A stretch of 64,000 nt of DNA from Bryobacteraceae bacterium (GCA_965226755.1 CBDDDT010000005.1:148306-212305), one strand, 5' to 3'. Shown: positions 9,199 to 19,883, counted from the first letter of the stretch. Notes: generated from the letters alone by a model not told the origin. A program made the numbers and translations.

Positions 9199-11583
9199 AT
9201 GAGAGGAACGCGCTGGCTGATCCTGCTGGCCATTGTGGCCGTAATCGCCGGTTCCGCTTACCTGTACCGATTGGACCAAGCGAACGCGAAGCGGCACCAG
9301 GTGGCGCGGCCCGCGATCCTGGAGGCGGACACGAACGCCACGGCGATCGACTACCAGTGGGCGCAGAGTTCGGGCGGATTCGCCAGCGTCGAAGTGAAGG
9401 CGCGGGAGTTCCGGCAGGTGCGGGACACGCCGAACTACGATCTGAAGGGGCTGGAGCTGAAGCTCAACCAGAAGGACCACCAGCACTACGATCTGATCAA
9501 GAGCGCCAGCGCCAAGTTCAACCAGGCGGAAGGGCGCATGTATTCGGACGGCGAGGTGGAGATCACGCTGGATATCCCGATCGAAGGGAAGCCGATGCAC
9601 AAGCTGACTTCGATCAAGAGCTCCGGGATCACGTTCGACAGCAAGACGGGCAAGGCGGTGACGGACCGCGCGGCGACGTTCGAATTCGAGAACGGGGACG
9701 GGAAATCGACCGGCGCTTCGTATGATCCGACGACGCATGAGCTGCACCTGCTGAACAACCCCGAGATGAACATGCGCGGACAAGGGCCGCACAGCAAGCC
9801 GATGAAGGTGCAGGCGGCGGAGATCACGTATCAGGAGCTGGGCTCGGTGGTGTTTTTGAACACGTGGTCGCGGATGGTCCGCGCGGAGACGACGATCGAC
9901 GCGGGGCCGAGCGTGGTGCACCTGAAGGACAACCAGGTGGATTCGATCGATTCCCAGCAGGCGCATGGCGTGGACAAGTACCCCAAGCGCGAACTGCACT
10001 ATTCGGCGGATACGCTGCATGTGACTTACACGGACGGCGAGATCAGCCGGATCAGCGGGAACGGGAACGCGCGGATGCTGGAAGAGAGCGAAGGGGCGGT
10101 GACGAACACGAGTTCGAAGACGGCCGATCTGGACTTCGCGCCGCGCGATAACGAGACGGTGCTGCAGCATGTGACGGCGAGCGGGGCGGCGATCGCGGAG
10201 TCCAAGCCGGCGCCGGACGCGGCCGGCCACAGGGCCGAATCGCGGATCCTGAAGAGCGAGACGATCGAGGTCGCGATGCAGGCGGACGGCAAGGACATCA
10301 CGCAGATCAAGACGCATGCGCCGAGCACGCTGGAGTTTCTGCCGAACGCTCCGGATCAGCACCACCGCATTCTGAACGGCGACGAGATGCTGATCGGGTA
10401 TGCGCCGAAGAACGTGATCAAGGACTTCCAAACGGCGCATTCGACGACGGTGACGTTCCCGCCCGCGAACAGCAAGGCCAAGAACCCGGCGCCGAGCAAG
10501 ACGGCGAGCGCGCAACTGACGGCGACGTTCGACAGCCGGGGGCAGCTCGCCACGATGAAGCAGTGGGACCACTTCACCTACGAGGAAGGCGAGCGGCGGG
10601 CGAAATCGTCGGCGGCGACGCTGGACCAGCAGGCCAACACGATGGATCTGGAGACCGGGGCGCGCATCTGGGACAACAGCGGATCCACGGACGCGGACAA
10701 GATCCACCTGATCCAGAAGACCGGGGACTATGTGGCGGACGGAAACGTGGTGACGAGCCGGCTGCCCGACCAGGATCCGAAGAAGAAGGCGGGCGAGATG
10801 CTGGACGGCGACGAACCGATCCAGGGGACCGCGCCGCACATGACTTCGGCGAACCACAACAAGCTGGTCCGCTATGACGGCGGCGCGGTGTTGTGGCAGG
10901 GGTCGGACCGGATTTCGGCGCAGCAAATAGAAATCGACCGGGACAAGCACCTGCTGACCGCCCACGGCAAGGTGATGACGCAGTTCCTCGACCAGCAGAA
11001 GAAGAACGACGATAAGAGCGATGGAGACCAGGGCGCGGGCGCGAAGACGGCCGCGGCCGAGAGCGTGAAGGTGATCAAGGTTTCGGCCAAACCAGCCAAG
11101 CCGGACGCTCCGCCGCCCGCGCCGACTACGCCGCTCTACACCGTGGTGACGGCCGATCAGATGATCTACACAGATACGGACCGGCTGGCCCACTATACGG
11201 GCGACGTGGTTTTGAACCGGCCGGGGTTGAACGTGAAGAGCGCGGATTTGCGGGCGTTTCTGAATCCGCGGGACACGCAGGAAGACAGCCGGTTGAATCA
11301 CGCGCTGGGAGACGGGAAGGTGGAGATCGTGGAGAGCCGCCCCGACCGCCAGCGCATCGGCAAGGGCGAAACCGGAGAATACATCACCAAGGAAGATAAG
11401 GTGATTCTGCGGGGCAACCTGGCCGATCTCTACGATTCGCTGAAGAATGACGAGAGCCACGGCACGGAATTGACCTACTTCACCTCGGATGATAGGCTGC
11501 TGATTACCGGAATCCCCAAAAAACCCGTGGAGAGCAAGATCCACCGGAAACCCCGTTTGAATGCCAATTCTGGAAACCGCTGA
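9199..11583 (+). CDS. lptC: LPS export protein, LptC N-terminus fused to several LptA/OstA-like beta-jellyroll domains
   Basis: Single N-terminal TM anchor, beta-rich repeats, OstA-like AHYTGDVVL and [20 protein letters not shown] segments; lies directly upstream of lptB. Confidence 0.8.
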   Translation: MRGTRWLILLAIVAVIAGSAYLYRLDQANAKRHQVARPAILEADTNATAIDYQWAQSSGGFASVEVKAREFRQVRDTPNYDLKGLELKLNQKDHQHYDLIKSASAKFNQAEGRMYSDGEVEITLDIPIEGKPMHKLTSIKSSGITFDSKTGKAVTDRAATFEFENGDGKSTGASYDPTTHELHLLNNPEMNMRGQGPHSKPMKVQAAEITYQELGSVVFLNTWSRMVRAETTIDAGPSVVHLKDNQVDSIDSQQAHGVDKYPKRELHYSADTLHVTYTDGEISRISGNGNARMLEESEGAVTNTSSKTADLDFAPRDNETVLQHVTASGAAIAESKPAPDAAGHRAESRILKSETIEVAMQADGKDITQIKTHAPSTLEFLPNAPDQHHRILNGDEMLIGYAPKNVIKDFQTAHSTTVTFPPANSKAKNPAPSKTASAQLTATFDSRGQLATMKQWDHFTYEEGERRAKSSAATLDQQANTMDLETGARIWDNSGSTDADKIHLIQKTGDYVADGNVVTSRLPDQDPKKKAGEMLDGDEPIQGTAPHMTSANHNKLVRYDGGAVLWQGSDRISAQQIEIDRDKHLLTAHGKVMTQFLDQQKKNDDKSDGDQGAGAKTAAAESVKVIKVSAKPAKPDAPPPAPTTPLYTVVTADQMIYTDTDRLAHYTGDVVLNRPGLNVKSADLRAFLNPRDTQEDSRLNHALGDGKVEIVESRPDRQRIGKGETGEYITKEDKVILRGNLADLYDSLKNDESHGTELTYFTSDDRLLITGIPKKPVESKIHRKPRLNANSGNR

Positions 11584-12328
11584 GGTTTCAAAGTCCTACC
11601 GGGGCCGCAAGGTGGTGGACAACGTATCGGTCCACGTATCGGACGGCGAAGTGGTCGGGCTGCTCGGCCCGAACGGCGCGGGGAAGACCACATCCTTCTA
11701 TATGATCGTGGGGCTGGTGAGCCCCGATTCGGGCAAGGTGCTGCTGGACGGCGTGGATCTGACGCGCATGCCGATGTACCAGCGCGCCCGGAACGGGATT
11801 AGTTACCTTCCGCAGGAGCCGAGCGTGTTCCGGAAGCTGTCGGTGGAAGACAACCTGATGGCGATCCTGGAAACGCGCGGATTGTCGAGCGGGGCGCGGC
11901 GGGCGAAGATGGACGAGCTGATCTCGCAACTGGGGCTGGAGCGGGTGCGGCGCAGCAAGGGATACATGCTGTCGGGCGGTGAACGGCGCCGGGTGGAGAT
12001 TGCGCGATCGCTGGCGATCGAGCCCAAGTTTCTGCTGCTGGACGAGCCCTTCTCGGGGATCGATCCGATCCAGGTGATCGAGCTGCAGCGTATCGTTCAC
12101 GATCTGCGAAACGCGGGGATCGGAATCCTGATCACGGACCACAATGTCCGGGAAACCCTGATGGTGGTGGATCGCGCTTACATCATCGCGAACGGGAAGA
12201 TTTTCCGGACCGGAAGCCCGGCGATGCTGGGCCGCGATCCCGAGGTGAAACGGGTATACCTGGGGGAAAATTTTCACTTTCCGCAGGACAAAGAACCGCT
12301 TCCGCCGGGCAGCAATCCAGGTACCTAG
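11561..12328 (+). CDS. lptB: LPS export ABC transporter ATP-binding protein
   Basis: Walker [55 protein letters not shown]; lptB-rpoN synteny. Confidence 0.97.
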   Translation: MPILETAEVSKSYRGRKVVDNVSVHVSDGEVVGLLGPNGAGKTTSFYMIVGLVSPDSGKVLLDGVDLTRMPMYQRARNGISYLPQEPSVFRKLSVEDNLMAILETRGLSSGARRAKMDELISQLGLERVRRSKGYMLSGGERRRVEIARSLAIEPKFLLLDEPFSGIDPIQVIELQRIVHDLRNAGIGILITDHNVRETLMVVDRAYIIANGKIFRTGSPAMLGRDPEVKRVYLGENFHFPQDKEPLPPGSNPGT

Positions 12329-12403
12329 GCCGCCGCGGGTGCGTATTCCCGCTAACAAACGGGAGGGTTCGAAAGTTCAGTTGCACGACTATAATGAAAG
12401 GCA

Positions 12404-13969
12404 ATGAGCACGCTTTCGCACAGACTGCAGTTAAAAGTCGCGCAGAAGCAGGTCCTTACACCTGGCCTGGTCCAGATGGTCACCGTGCTCCAGATGAACC
12501 GTCTGGAGCTGAAAGAGCTGATCAATCAGGAGATGGTCAACAACCCGGTGATCGAGGAATCCGCGGAAGCCGGCGAGGAGATTACTCCGGAGGAACTGCA
12601 GCCTCTGCTCGAAGGGGAAGCGGAGCGCAACCTGGACCCGGCGGATAAGAGCCTGCTGGAAGCGATGCGGGAAGTTCCGGAGCTGGACGGATCCGAACCT
12701 CCGGCCGAAACAGGAGTGAGCGTCACCGCCGATTTCTCTCATGAATCGCAGGTGGAAGCGGGGACGGAGACGGCGAGCGATCCTTTCGACGAGATCGATT
12801 TCGGCTCGTTCTTCGACGAGTATCTGGATCCAGGTCACAAGAGCCCGGCTTCGGAGTCGGTGGAAAAGCCGTCGTTTGAGACCTTTCTCTCGCAGCCGCA
12901 GACTCTGCCCGATCACCTGCGCTCGCAACTGAGCGTGACGCTGATCTCGGACGAGATCCGGGAGGCGGCCGAATCGGTCATCGGCAATCTGGATGAAGAC
13001 GGCTATCTCACCGCGACCCTGGACGAGATCGGGGAGATGGGCGGCCATGACCACGCGTTGATGGATCTGGCGTTGAAAGCGGTGCAGTCGCTGGAGCCGG
13101 CGGGAGTGGGAGCGCGGGATCTGCGCGAGTGCCTGCTGCTGCAACTGGAAAGCCGCAACGCGAAGGATAGCGTGGCGTGGCTGATCGTGGCGAAGCATCT
13201 GCGGCTGCTCGAAACGCGGCAGTTCCGGGAACTGGCGAAAGTGCTGGGGCGTCCGCAGGAGCACGTAGAAATCGCGGTGCATCTGATCCGGCATCTAAAT
13301 CCGCGGCCGGGGATCCGATATTCGGGACCGGGCGCGCGTTCGGTGGAGCCGGACGTCTACTTCATCAAAGACGGCGACGATTACATGATCCAGATGAACG
13401 ACGAAGAGCTGCCGCAGCTTCGTCTGAACCGGGATTATCACCGCATGCTGGACCGGCAGAACGGATCGCCCAAGGAAGTGCGCGACTACGTGCGGGAGCG
13501 CTACACGTCGGCGATCCAGCTGATGAAGAACATCGAGCAGCGCAAGCAGACGATACTGCGCGTGTGCGACGCCATCAAACGCCGGCAAACCGAGTTTCTC
13601 GCCCTGGGGTTGGACTACCTGAAGCCGATGATGATCAAGGAAGTGGCCGAAGAGGTCGGCGTGCATCCTTCGACGGTCAGCCGCGCGGTAGCCAACAAGT
13701 ACGCGCATACGCCGCAGGGCGTATTCGAGCTTCGTTACTTCTTCTCCGAATCCGTGCAGGGGCCGAGCGGCGGAGAACTGCCGCTGCTGCTGCTGAAGCG
13801 GAAGGTGAAGAAGATGATCGAGGATGAAAACCCGCGCCGTCCGCTGACCGACGAGCAAATCACCTCGCTGCTGCAGGCTGAGGGCATCGACGTGACGCGC
13901 CGCACCGTGGCGAAATACCGCGAGGACATGAAAATTCCGTCCACGCACCAGCGGCGCGTGCGGGATTAA
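12404..13969 (+). CDS. rpoN: RNA polymerase sigma-54 factor
   Basis: Gln/Leu-rich region I, GNLDEDGYL, HPSTVSRAV helix-turn-helix, RpoN box TRRTVAKYRE. Confidence 0.98.
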   Translation: MSTLSHRLQLKVAQKQVLTPGLVQMVTVLQMNRLELKELINQEMVNNPVIEESAEAGEEITPEELQPLLEGEAERNLDPADKSLLEAMREVPELDGSEPPAETGVSVTADFSHESQVEAGTETASDPFDEIDFGSFFDEYLDPGHKSPASESVEKPSFETFLSQPQTLPDHLRSQLSVTLISDEIREAAESVIGNLDEDGYLTATLDEIGEMGGHDHALMDLALKAVQSLEPAGVGARDLRECLLLQLESRNAKDSVAWLIVAKHLRLLETRQFRELAKVLGRPQEHVEIAVHLIRHLNPRPGIRYSGPGARSVEPDVYFIKDGDDYMIQMNDEELPQLRLNRDYHRMLDRQNGSPKEVRDYVRERYTSAIQLMKNIEQRKQTILRVCDAIKRRQTEFLALGLDYLKPMMIKEVAEEVGVHPSTVSRAVANKYAHTPQGVFELRYFFSESVQGPSGGELPLLLLKRKVKKMIEDENPRRPLTDEQITSLLQAEGIDVTRRTVAKYREDMKIPSTHQRRVRD

Positions 13970-14016
13970 CCGGCCGGGCGTATCAAACGCTTCGACCGGA
14001 ACACGAGGGCCGCTCA

Positions 14017-14406
14017 ATGAAGATCACCTATACCGGCCGGCAGGTGGATTTCCCTCCGGCGCAGCTTGAGAAGATTCAGGGTCAGTTCGCGAAGCTGGCG
14101 AAGTTGCTGGACAGACGCGGCGAGCGGGAAGCGCACATCGTGCTTTCCCACGAGCGCCACCTCCATCACGCGGAGGTGACGGTGAATTACCAGAACCACG
14201 CGCTGGTGGGACTGGCAAGCGACGTGGACGCCTTCGCGGCGGTGCATGCGGCGGTGGGAAAACTGGAGAAGCAGGCGTTGAAAGTGCGGGAGAAGTGGCG
14301 CGACGGGCACCGTCCGGGGGACGCCAAAGAGGCGCTGGCGAGCCGGGTGGAGACGGAGGGCGCGGAAGGGGAACCTTCCGGCGAGACGGATTCGACCGAG
14401 GTTTAA
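14017..14406 (+). CDS. hpf: Ribosome hibernation promoting factor (HPF/RaiA)
   Basis: MKITYTGRQ, AEVTV and DAFAAVHAAVGKLEKQ motifs; directly after rpoN. Confidence 0.93.
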   Translation: MKITYTGRQVDFPPAQLEKIQGQFAKLAKLLDRRGEREAHIVLSHERHLHHAEVTVNYQNHALVGLASDVDAFAAVHAAVGKLEKQALKVREKWRDGHRPGDAKEALASRVETEGAEGEPSGETDSTEV

Positions 14407-14417
14407 ACTGGGCTTGC

Positions 14418-15413
14418 ATGGCTGCCGGCAAAGACAGCAGTTCCTCTCGAGCGAAGAAGAAGCGATCCAAACCCGCATCGAAGGCGGGCCCGAAATCAGC
14501 GCAGCAAGACGGCGCAGAACCCGCGGGGGCGGCTTTATCGCCGCGCGACCCCGGCGCTTCCGAACTGGTGATCATCACCGGCCTCAGCGGGTCAGGCAAG
14601 GGATCGGTTTTGAAGGTGCTCGAAGACCTGGGCTACTATGCGGTGGATAATCTGCCGATCGATCTGATTCCGAAGTTCGCCGAGCTGACGCGGGATTCGA
14701 GCACGATTCACCAAGCGGCGCTGGTGGTGGATATTCGGGAAGGGGAAGGGCTGAAGCGCTTCCCCGCCCTGTATGCCAAGATCCGCCAGAGCATTCCGAC
14801 GCGGCTGGTGTTTCTGGAAGCGGAGCGGGATGCGATTCTGCGGCGGTTCAGCGAGACGCGGCGGCCGCATCCGTTGGGGACCGAACAATCGATCAGCGAA
14901 AACATCAGCGCGGAGATCGCGCAGCTTGCGCCGATCCGCGACGTGGCGGACATCGTGATCAACACGTCCAAGTTCACGGTGCATGAGCTTCGCGACTTCG
15001 TGCGCGAGAAGTTCACCGCCGGCGACGACGACCAGAAGATCATGGTCTATGTCAGCAGCTTCGGGTACCGCCATGGCGTGCCGCCGGACAGCGACCTGGT
15101 GTTCGATGTGCGGTTCTTGCCGAACCCCAACTACATTCCGAAGTTCAAGAAGCTGACGGGGCGGCATCCGGCGGTGGCGGCGTATATCCGGAGCTTTCCG
15201 CAGACGACGGAATTCATCGGGCGGATTTCGGAGCTTCTGATTTATCTACTGCCGCACTATATCGAGGAAGGCAAGAGCTATCTGACGATCGGTTTCGGGT
15301 GCACGGGCGGGCACCATCGGTCGGTGATGATCGCGGACCAGATCCGGAAGAATCTGAATCAGGCCGGTTTCAAGGCCAAAGTGACGCATCGGGACATCGT
15401 CAAGCCGGTGTAG
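14418..15413 (+). CDS. rapZ: RNase adapter RapZ/YvcJ (P-loop NTPase)
   Basis: ITGLSGSGK, YYAVDNLP, FSETRRPHP, DVRFLPNP, GCTGGHHRSV. Start moved to ATG 14418. Confidence 0.96.
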   Translation: MAAGKDSSSSRAKKKRSKPASKAGPKSAQQDGAEPAGAALSPRDPGASELVIITGLSGSGKGSVLKVLEDLGYYAVDNLPIDLIPKFAELTRDSSTIHQAALVVDIREGEGLKRFPALYAKIRQSIPTRLVFLEAERDAILRRFSETRRPHPLGTEQSISENISAEIAQLAPIRDVADIVINTSKFTVHELRDFVREKFTAGDDDQKIMVYVSSFGYRHGVPPDSDLVFDVRFLPNPNYIPKFKKLTGRHPAVAAYIRSFPQTTEFIGRISELLIYLLPHYIEEGKSYLTIGFGCTGGHHRSVMIADQIRKNLNQAGFKAKVTHRDIVKPV

Positions 15414-15432
15414 CGGGGCGCCGCTGGGGAGA

Positions 15433-16242
15433 CTAGCGATCCTCGGCGTCGGAGGTTTGCCAGCCGTCCGCGGGCCGGACGGCGAAGTTCATCTCGCGGT
15501 GATTGCGGACGACGGCCACGGGAATGGGAAGGTCGTTGAGATGGTCCTTGAAACGGGAGGAGACTTCGCGCGGGGAAGTTACGGCTCCGCCATTGACGCG
15601 GACGACGACGTCCCCGGCTTTGACGCCGGCTTTCTCGGCGGGAGAGTTTTTGGCGACCCAGACCACGAGCGCGCCCTGTTTGACTCCGAAGTATTCAGCG
15701 AGCTGCGAGTTCAGGTTGGTCAGTTCGATGCCGACGCTGCGATTTTCCCAACCGAGGGAAGGACGCGGGGTGTCGGGCAGGATGAAGCGGGGCAGATCCG
15801 GCATGGAAGGAATCGGCGGGATTCCAGGGAAGTTGCCGGTGATGGAGGACATGGCGGGCTTGGCGGCCAGCGTGGCGGTGACGGTCTGGGATGATCCGTT
15901 GCGGCTGATGCGCAGGGTGATTTTGCGATTGGCCGGCGTTTCGCGGACGAGGCGGATGAACTCGTCGGCGCCTTCGACGCGCTGGCCGTTGTATTCGAGG
16001 ATGACGTCGGATTCCTTGAGGCCGGCGCGCGCGGCGGGAGTGCCGGGGTCGACATTCATGACGACCACGCCGTGGTCTTCCTTGAGGTTGAGCGCCTTGG
16101 CGCGTTCGTCGTCGATCTCGGCGACCCCGATGCCGAGGTAACCGCCGGAATGGGCGTGGGGCGCGGGGTTCTGGGCGAGCGCGCGATGGACGGTGGCGAC
16201 GTTGATCAACAAGCAAAACAGGAGTGCGAGCCGGGACTTCAT
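15433..16242 (-). CDS. Secreted tandem-PDZ protein without a protease domain
   Basis: Signal peptide, GGYLGIGV plus PAARAGLKESDVI (PDZ1), SPAEKAGVKAGDVV (PDZ2); no trypsin-like domain visible. Confidence 0.88.
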   Translation of the reverse strand: MKSRLALLFCLLINVATVHRALAQNPAPHAHSGGYLGIGVAEIDDERAKALNLKEDHGVVVMNVDPGTPAARAGLKESDVILEYNGQRVEGADEFIRLVRETPANRKITLRISRNGSSQTVTATLAAKPAMSSITGNFPGIPPIPSMPDLPRFILPDTPRPSLGWENRSVGIELTNLNSQLAEYFGVKQGALVVWVAKNSPAEKAGVKAGDVVVRVNGGAVTSPREVSSRFKDHLNDLPIPVAVVRNHREMNFAVRPADGWQTSDAEDR

Positions 16243-16248
16243 AGCGTT

Positions 16249-17409
16249 CTACCTTTTCTTTATCCAAATGGTTCCACTGGCGGCTTCCAGGCGGAGCACG
16301 GGACCGCCGCCGTGAAGAGGGCCGCGAGCGACGGCCATGCCGCCCTCCAAGCGGACGGGAAGATCGGAAAATTCGGATACGATGCCCTGAGCGCGGGAGG
16401 CGCCGTCGTTGCGGGCCTGGACGTTCACACCGAGGTTGGACGGGAGATAGACGGTAATGTCACCCGAGCCGGTGGAAACGGAAGAATCGGCCAGAAGGCG
16501 GCCGCCTTCGAACTGCGCGACGACGCTGCCGGAGGCGGTGGCGATGCGGAAAGAGCCGGAGAGGTTGCTGACGCGGATGGGTCCGGATGCGCTGTCGCAC
16601 CGCGCGCCTCCGCCGGCGGATGCGACGTTGATGGGGCCGCCGCCCGCGTTGTGAGCGGTGACGGCGCCTACGACTTTCCCGATATCGATGATGCCGCCGC
16701 CGGTGATGGCGATCACGGCGCCGGAAGCGCGGCCGATGCGAACCTTGCCTCCGGCGGTCTCGGCGCGGATGCTGGTTCCGGCGCTATCGACGGAGATGTC
16801 GCCGCCGCCGGTTTCCAGGCGGGCTTCTCCGCTGACGGAATCGGCGGAGATGTCGCCGCCGGCGGTGCTGGCGCGGACCCAGCCGCCGATGTCGCCGAGA
16901 TGCAGAGTGCCGCCGGAGGTTTTGACGTCGACGCTGCCCTTCACGTGATGGAAACGGACGTCGCCGGCGCTGGTCTGGGCTTGGACGTTGCCGTCGAGAT
17001 CGGTGGCTTCGACGTTGCCGGATTCGACGCCGACCAGGACGGCGCGAAGGCCGCGGGGCACGGCGACCTGGAGTTCGACGGGACCGGCGGAATCGTCAAC
17101 GGCCAGACGCAAGAAGCGGCCCTGGCGCGCGAGGACAACGCCGGCGTCCTCCAACTGCTCGCGAGCGTGGGCTTCATCGCGGGCGCGAACTCTCCGGATC
17201 ATCGTATAGGCGACCTCGGGATGATCGCTGCCGCGGACCGTGACGTTGCCCAGACAGGTGATTTTGATCTGGTCGCCTTCCCCGACGGCTTCCGAACCGG
17301 TGGTGGTTTCGACCCAGAAGGCGCCATCGTGGCGCAACGCGGGCGGCGCGGCGAGCAGCAGGCCGTGAGCGAGGGCGGCGAGAGCGAAAAGCGAGGCGGG
17401 CGTGCGCAC
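16249..17409 (-). CDS. DUF4097/adhesin-type beta-solenoid repeat protein
   Basis: Signal peptide and many xT(S/A)GG(D/T)I repeats. Confidence 0.85.
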   Translation of the reverse strand: MRTPASLFALAALAHGLLLAAPPALRHDGAFWVETTTGSEAVGEGDQIKITCLGNVTVRGSDHPEVAYTMIRRVRARDEAHAREQLEDAGVVLARQGRFLRLAVDDSAGPVELQVAVPRGLRAVLVGVESGNVEATDLDGNVQAQTSAGDVRFHHVKGSVDVKTSGGTLHLGDIGGWVRASTAGGDISADSVSGEARLETGGGDISVDSAGTSIRAETAGGKVRIGRASGAVIAITGGGIIDIGKVVGAVTAHNAGGGPINVASAGGGARCDSASGPIRVSNLSGSFRIATASGSVVAQFEGGRLLADSSVSTGSGDITVYLPSNLGVNVQARNDGASRAQGIVSEFSDLPVRLEGGMAVARGPLHGGGPVLRLEAASGTIWIKKR

Positions 17410-17410
17410 T

Positions 17411-18340
17411 TTAGAAGGTTCCTACCGAAGCGTTCATCTCGCGCAGAGCGTTGGTCATGCGCATGCGGACGTAGCCGTTATCTTCTTTCCGCATGGCGTT
17501 CTGCAGCGGGCCGACCATGGCTTCATCCTTGTGGGCGGTGAGCAGATCGATGGCTTTGACGCGAACGCCGGGGTTGGCGTCGTTGAGGAGAACGGCGGTG
17601 AGAGCTTTGCGAACATCGGGATCGGCGCCGTATTGTTTGAGGCCTTCGAGGGCATTCATGCGGACGCCGACGTTGGGATCGCGCTGAATGGCGTCGAGAA
17701 GGGCGTTGCGGATGCCGGCGTCGGCGGCGTGGTCTTTGATGATGCCGGCGGCTTCGACGCGGAGACCGGCGTTCGATTCATCCTTCATGGACGCCAGCAG
17801 GAGCTGGCGAATTTTCGGGTCGTCGGGGGAGCCGAGAACGGTTTTTTCGGAGACGTTGTCGAAGGCGATGCGGACCTGGCCGGCGCCATCCGGCTCAACC
17901 GAGCGGACGCTGACGAAGCCGGCCTGCTGAGCGGTGTTGAAGCCGGGAAACGGCAGGACCCCGGGGACGAGTTTGCCGCCGAGGAAGCCGAGCGCGAGCA
18001 GGGCCAGAGCTCCGGCCGGGATGCGGAAGCCGATGTGCATGCCCATGAACTGCTGAAGCTTTTCCTTCCAACCGGCGGCGAGGGTCGCGCGGGGTTCGGG
18101 GCTGACGGCGAGTTCGGCGGCGAGCGAGCGTTTCAGGCCGGCGCGGCACTCGGCGAGAAGGTAATCCGGAACGGGCGCTTCGGCGCCCAGCAGAGCCTGA
18201 CGCATTCGACGGAACGAAGCCAACTGGGCGGCGCAAGCGGGGCAAACCGCCATATGCTGCTCCAGGCGCTCCTCTTCTTCCTGCGTCAGTTCGCCGTAGT
18301 CATAGAGCGGGATGTCATTCGCGAGCTGTGGACACGTCAT
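17411..18340 (-). CDS. Anti-sigma factor (zf-HC2, TM, HEAT repeats)
   Basis: LEQHMAVCPAC zinc-binding motif, one TM, repeated D(E/P/A)NxGVR HEAT units. Start moved to ATG 18340, 2 nt after the sigma factor stop. Confidence 0.88.
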   Translation of the reverse strand: MTCPQLANDIPLYDYGELTQEEEERLEQHMAVCPACAAQLASFRRMRQALLGAEAPVPDYLLAECRAGLKRSLAAELAVSPEPRATLAAGWKEKLQQFMGMHIGFRIPAGALALLALGFLGGKLVPGVLPFPGFNTAQQAGFVSVRSVEPDGAGQVRIAFDNVSEKTVLGSPDDPKIRQLLLASMKDESNAGLRVEAAGIIKDHAADAGIRNALLDAIQRDPNVGVRMNALEGLKQYGADPDVRKALTAVLLNDANPGVRVKAIDLLTAHKDEAMVGPLQNAMRKEDNGYVRMRMTNALREMNASVGTF

Positions 18341-18342
18341 TT

Positions 18343-18954
18343 TCAACAATCTCCCAAGGCGTCCCGGAGTTTCCGGGTGGCGCGGAACAGGCAATTCTTG
18401 GCGGCTTCCTCACTGGTTCCCAGAACCTCGCCGATATTTCTGAGGCGCAGGCCCTGATAGTGGCGCAGCTCGAAAACCATACGCTCACGCGGGGAAAGCC
18501 CGGCGAGCGCTCCGGCGATTCTGGAGGAGAGCTGCCGGCTTTGCGTTTGGCGCTCGGGATCAGCGTAAGGAGCGGGTTCCTGAAAGCGCTCCATGCGATC
18601 AACCGGGCCCTCTTCGGTCTCCACCGTACTTTGTTCTTCGCGCCGGACCTTCCGTTTGCGGAGCTGGTCGAGGCAGATGTTGGTCACGATCCGATACAGC
18701 CAGGTGTGAAAGCTGCAATCGAATCGGAAGGAATGAAGGTTGCGGAACACGCGGAGGAAGGCCTCCTGATACACGTCTCGCGCATCTTCCGGCGAGCGGA
18801 GCATGTTCATGGCGATACGAAGGACGCTCGCGTCGTACGCGCGCACCAACCGTTCAAAGGCTGCGCCGTCGCCAGCCTGGGCCGCGCGGATCAATCCGGC
18901 TTCATCCAGGGGAACGGCCAGCTTGGCCGTCATCAAACCGGCTGCATCCCGCAT
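18343..18954 (-). CDS. ECF sigma-70 factor
   Basis: DARDVYQEAFLRVF, FHTWLYRIVTN (region 2), LSPRERMVFELRHYQGL (region 4). Confidence 0.95.
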   Translation of the reverse strand: MRDAAGLMTAKLAVPLDEAGLIRAAQAGDGAAFERLVRAYDASVLRIAMNMLRSPEDARDVYQEAFLRVFRNLHSFRFDCSFHTWLYRIVTNICLDQLRKRKVRREEQSTVETEEGPVDRMERFQEPAPYADPERQTQSRQLSSRIAGALAGLSPRERMVFELRHYQGLRLRNIGEVLGTSEEAAKNCLFRATRKLRDALGDC

Positions 18955-18986
18955 TAGCTCCTACGAAGAATAACTTCTTATCCATA

Positions 18987-19012
18987 TTGACGGAGTGACG
19001 GCGAAAAGGTCA
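18987..19012 (-). promoter_or_regulatory. Putative ECF-type promoter of the sigma operon (TGACC-N15-CGTCAA)
   Basis: The minus strand reads gTGACCttttcgccgtcactcCGTCAA about 30 nt upstream of the sigma ATG. A CGTC-type -10 is typical of ECF promoters. Confidence 0.4.
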
Positions 19013-19089
19013 CGCCGGCGGACGGAGTTGTCATGCGGGTCTGGCTGCGATGGGGACGTTCGGCGAGTTCGGACGAGTTTGGGCGAGAG

Positions 19090-19734
19090 CTAGAAGTTTT
19101 TGAGCAGCTCCTGAAGGTCGTCTTCGTCCATGTCCTCGGAGCCCATGGTCTCTTTGACCATGCGCATGAAATTTTCGTCGGGAACAAAGCCATCGAGAGC
19201 CGGGATTTTGTAGGGCTTGCCGTGGGGATCGACGGCGGGTTTGGACTTGGACGACGGCTTGGCGGAGGTTCGCTCGCGGCGTTCGGCCTGCACGGCGCGG
19301 AGTTCTTTGCGCGTGGCGTCCCGGCGGCGGGTCAGACGACCGACCTGGCGGCTGAGCTGGTCGACGAGGCGGGCGTTCTTTTCGAAACCGAGCGCGGCGG
19401 CGATCTGGCGGCGCTGGGCCGGGTCCAGCCCGGCTTCGACCTGGGGCATCTCACGGGCGGTGATGATCTGGTGGAAGGCGGATTCGAGCAATTGCATGCC
19501 TTTGAGCTGCCACTCGGCTTCGTGCAGACCGTGGGTGAGATCGATTTCGTAGGCGCCCTCGGGGGCGAAGTGATCGAAGAGCATTTTGCCGAGACGGTCA
19601 AAGGCGGGAACGTCTTCGGTGGGGATGAGGCGCGCCGGCGAGAACGGGCCGGCGGAGACGGAGGTCATGGGGATCTTGTTGGCGCGCTCGGCCAACTGTT
19701 CCGGGGTGCATGGGATTTCGAGGATGGAGCTCAT
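19090..19734 (-). CDS. Hypothetical helical protein
   Basis: 214-aa ORF with a TATATT -10-like box upstream; fills the gap between confident genes. Confidence 0.65.
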   Translation of the reverse strand: MSSILEIPCTPEQLAERANKIPMTSVSAGPFSPARLIPTEDVPAFDRLGKMLFDHFAPEGAYEIDLTHGLHEAEWQLKGMQLLESAFHQIITAREMPQVEAGLDPAQRRQIAAALGFEKNARLVDQLSRQVGRLTRRRDATRKELRAVQAERRERTSAKPSSKSKPAVDPHGKPYKIPALDGFVPDENFMRMVKETMGSEDMDEDDLQELLKNF

Positions 19735-19883
19735 GGAGAATGGTTTCCTTTCCCGCTCTCAATATAGGGACGCGGGCGGGGATTGGAAGCGCCGTCACAC
19801 GGGGATTCGTTGACACGGGAGGCGCAAAGAGTTTTGTGGGACGCGTGAACGCCGCTTGGACGCGGCGGGAATAGGATGGGTGG

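Noticed and set aside
8959-11544. 861-aa minus-strand ORF
   Set aside because: Antisense shadow of the lptC-lptA fusion; Arg/His/Val-rich composition typical of high-GC reverse frames, with no motifs.
16249-17100. Repetitive GC-rich DNA as a CRISPR array or DNA repeat element
   Set aside because: The periodicity comes from protein-level GG-containing beta-solenoid repeats; there are no identical repeats with unique spacers and no cas genes.
16072-17541. 489-aa plus-strand ORF
   Set aside because: Shadow of the DUF4097 gene.
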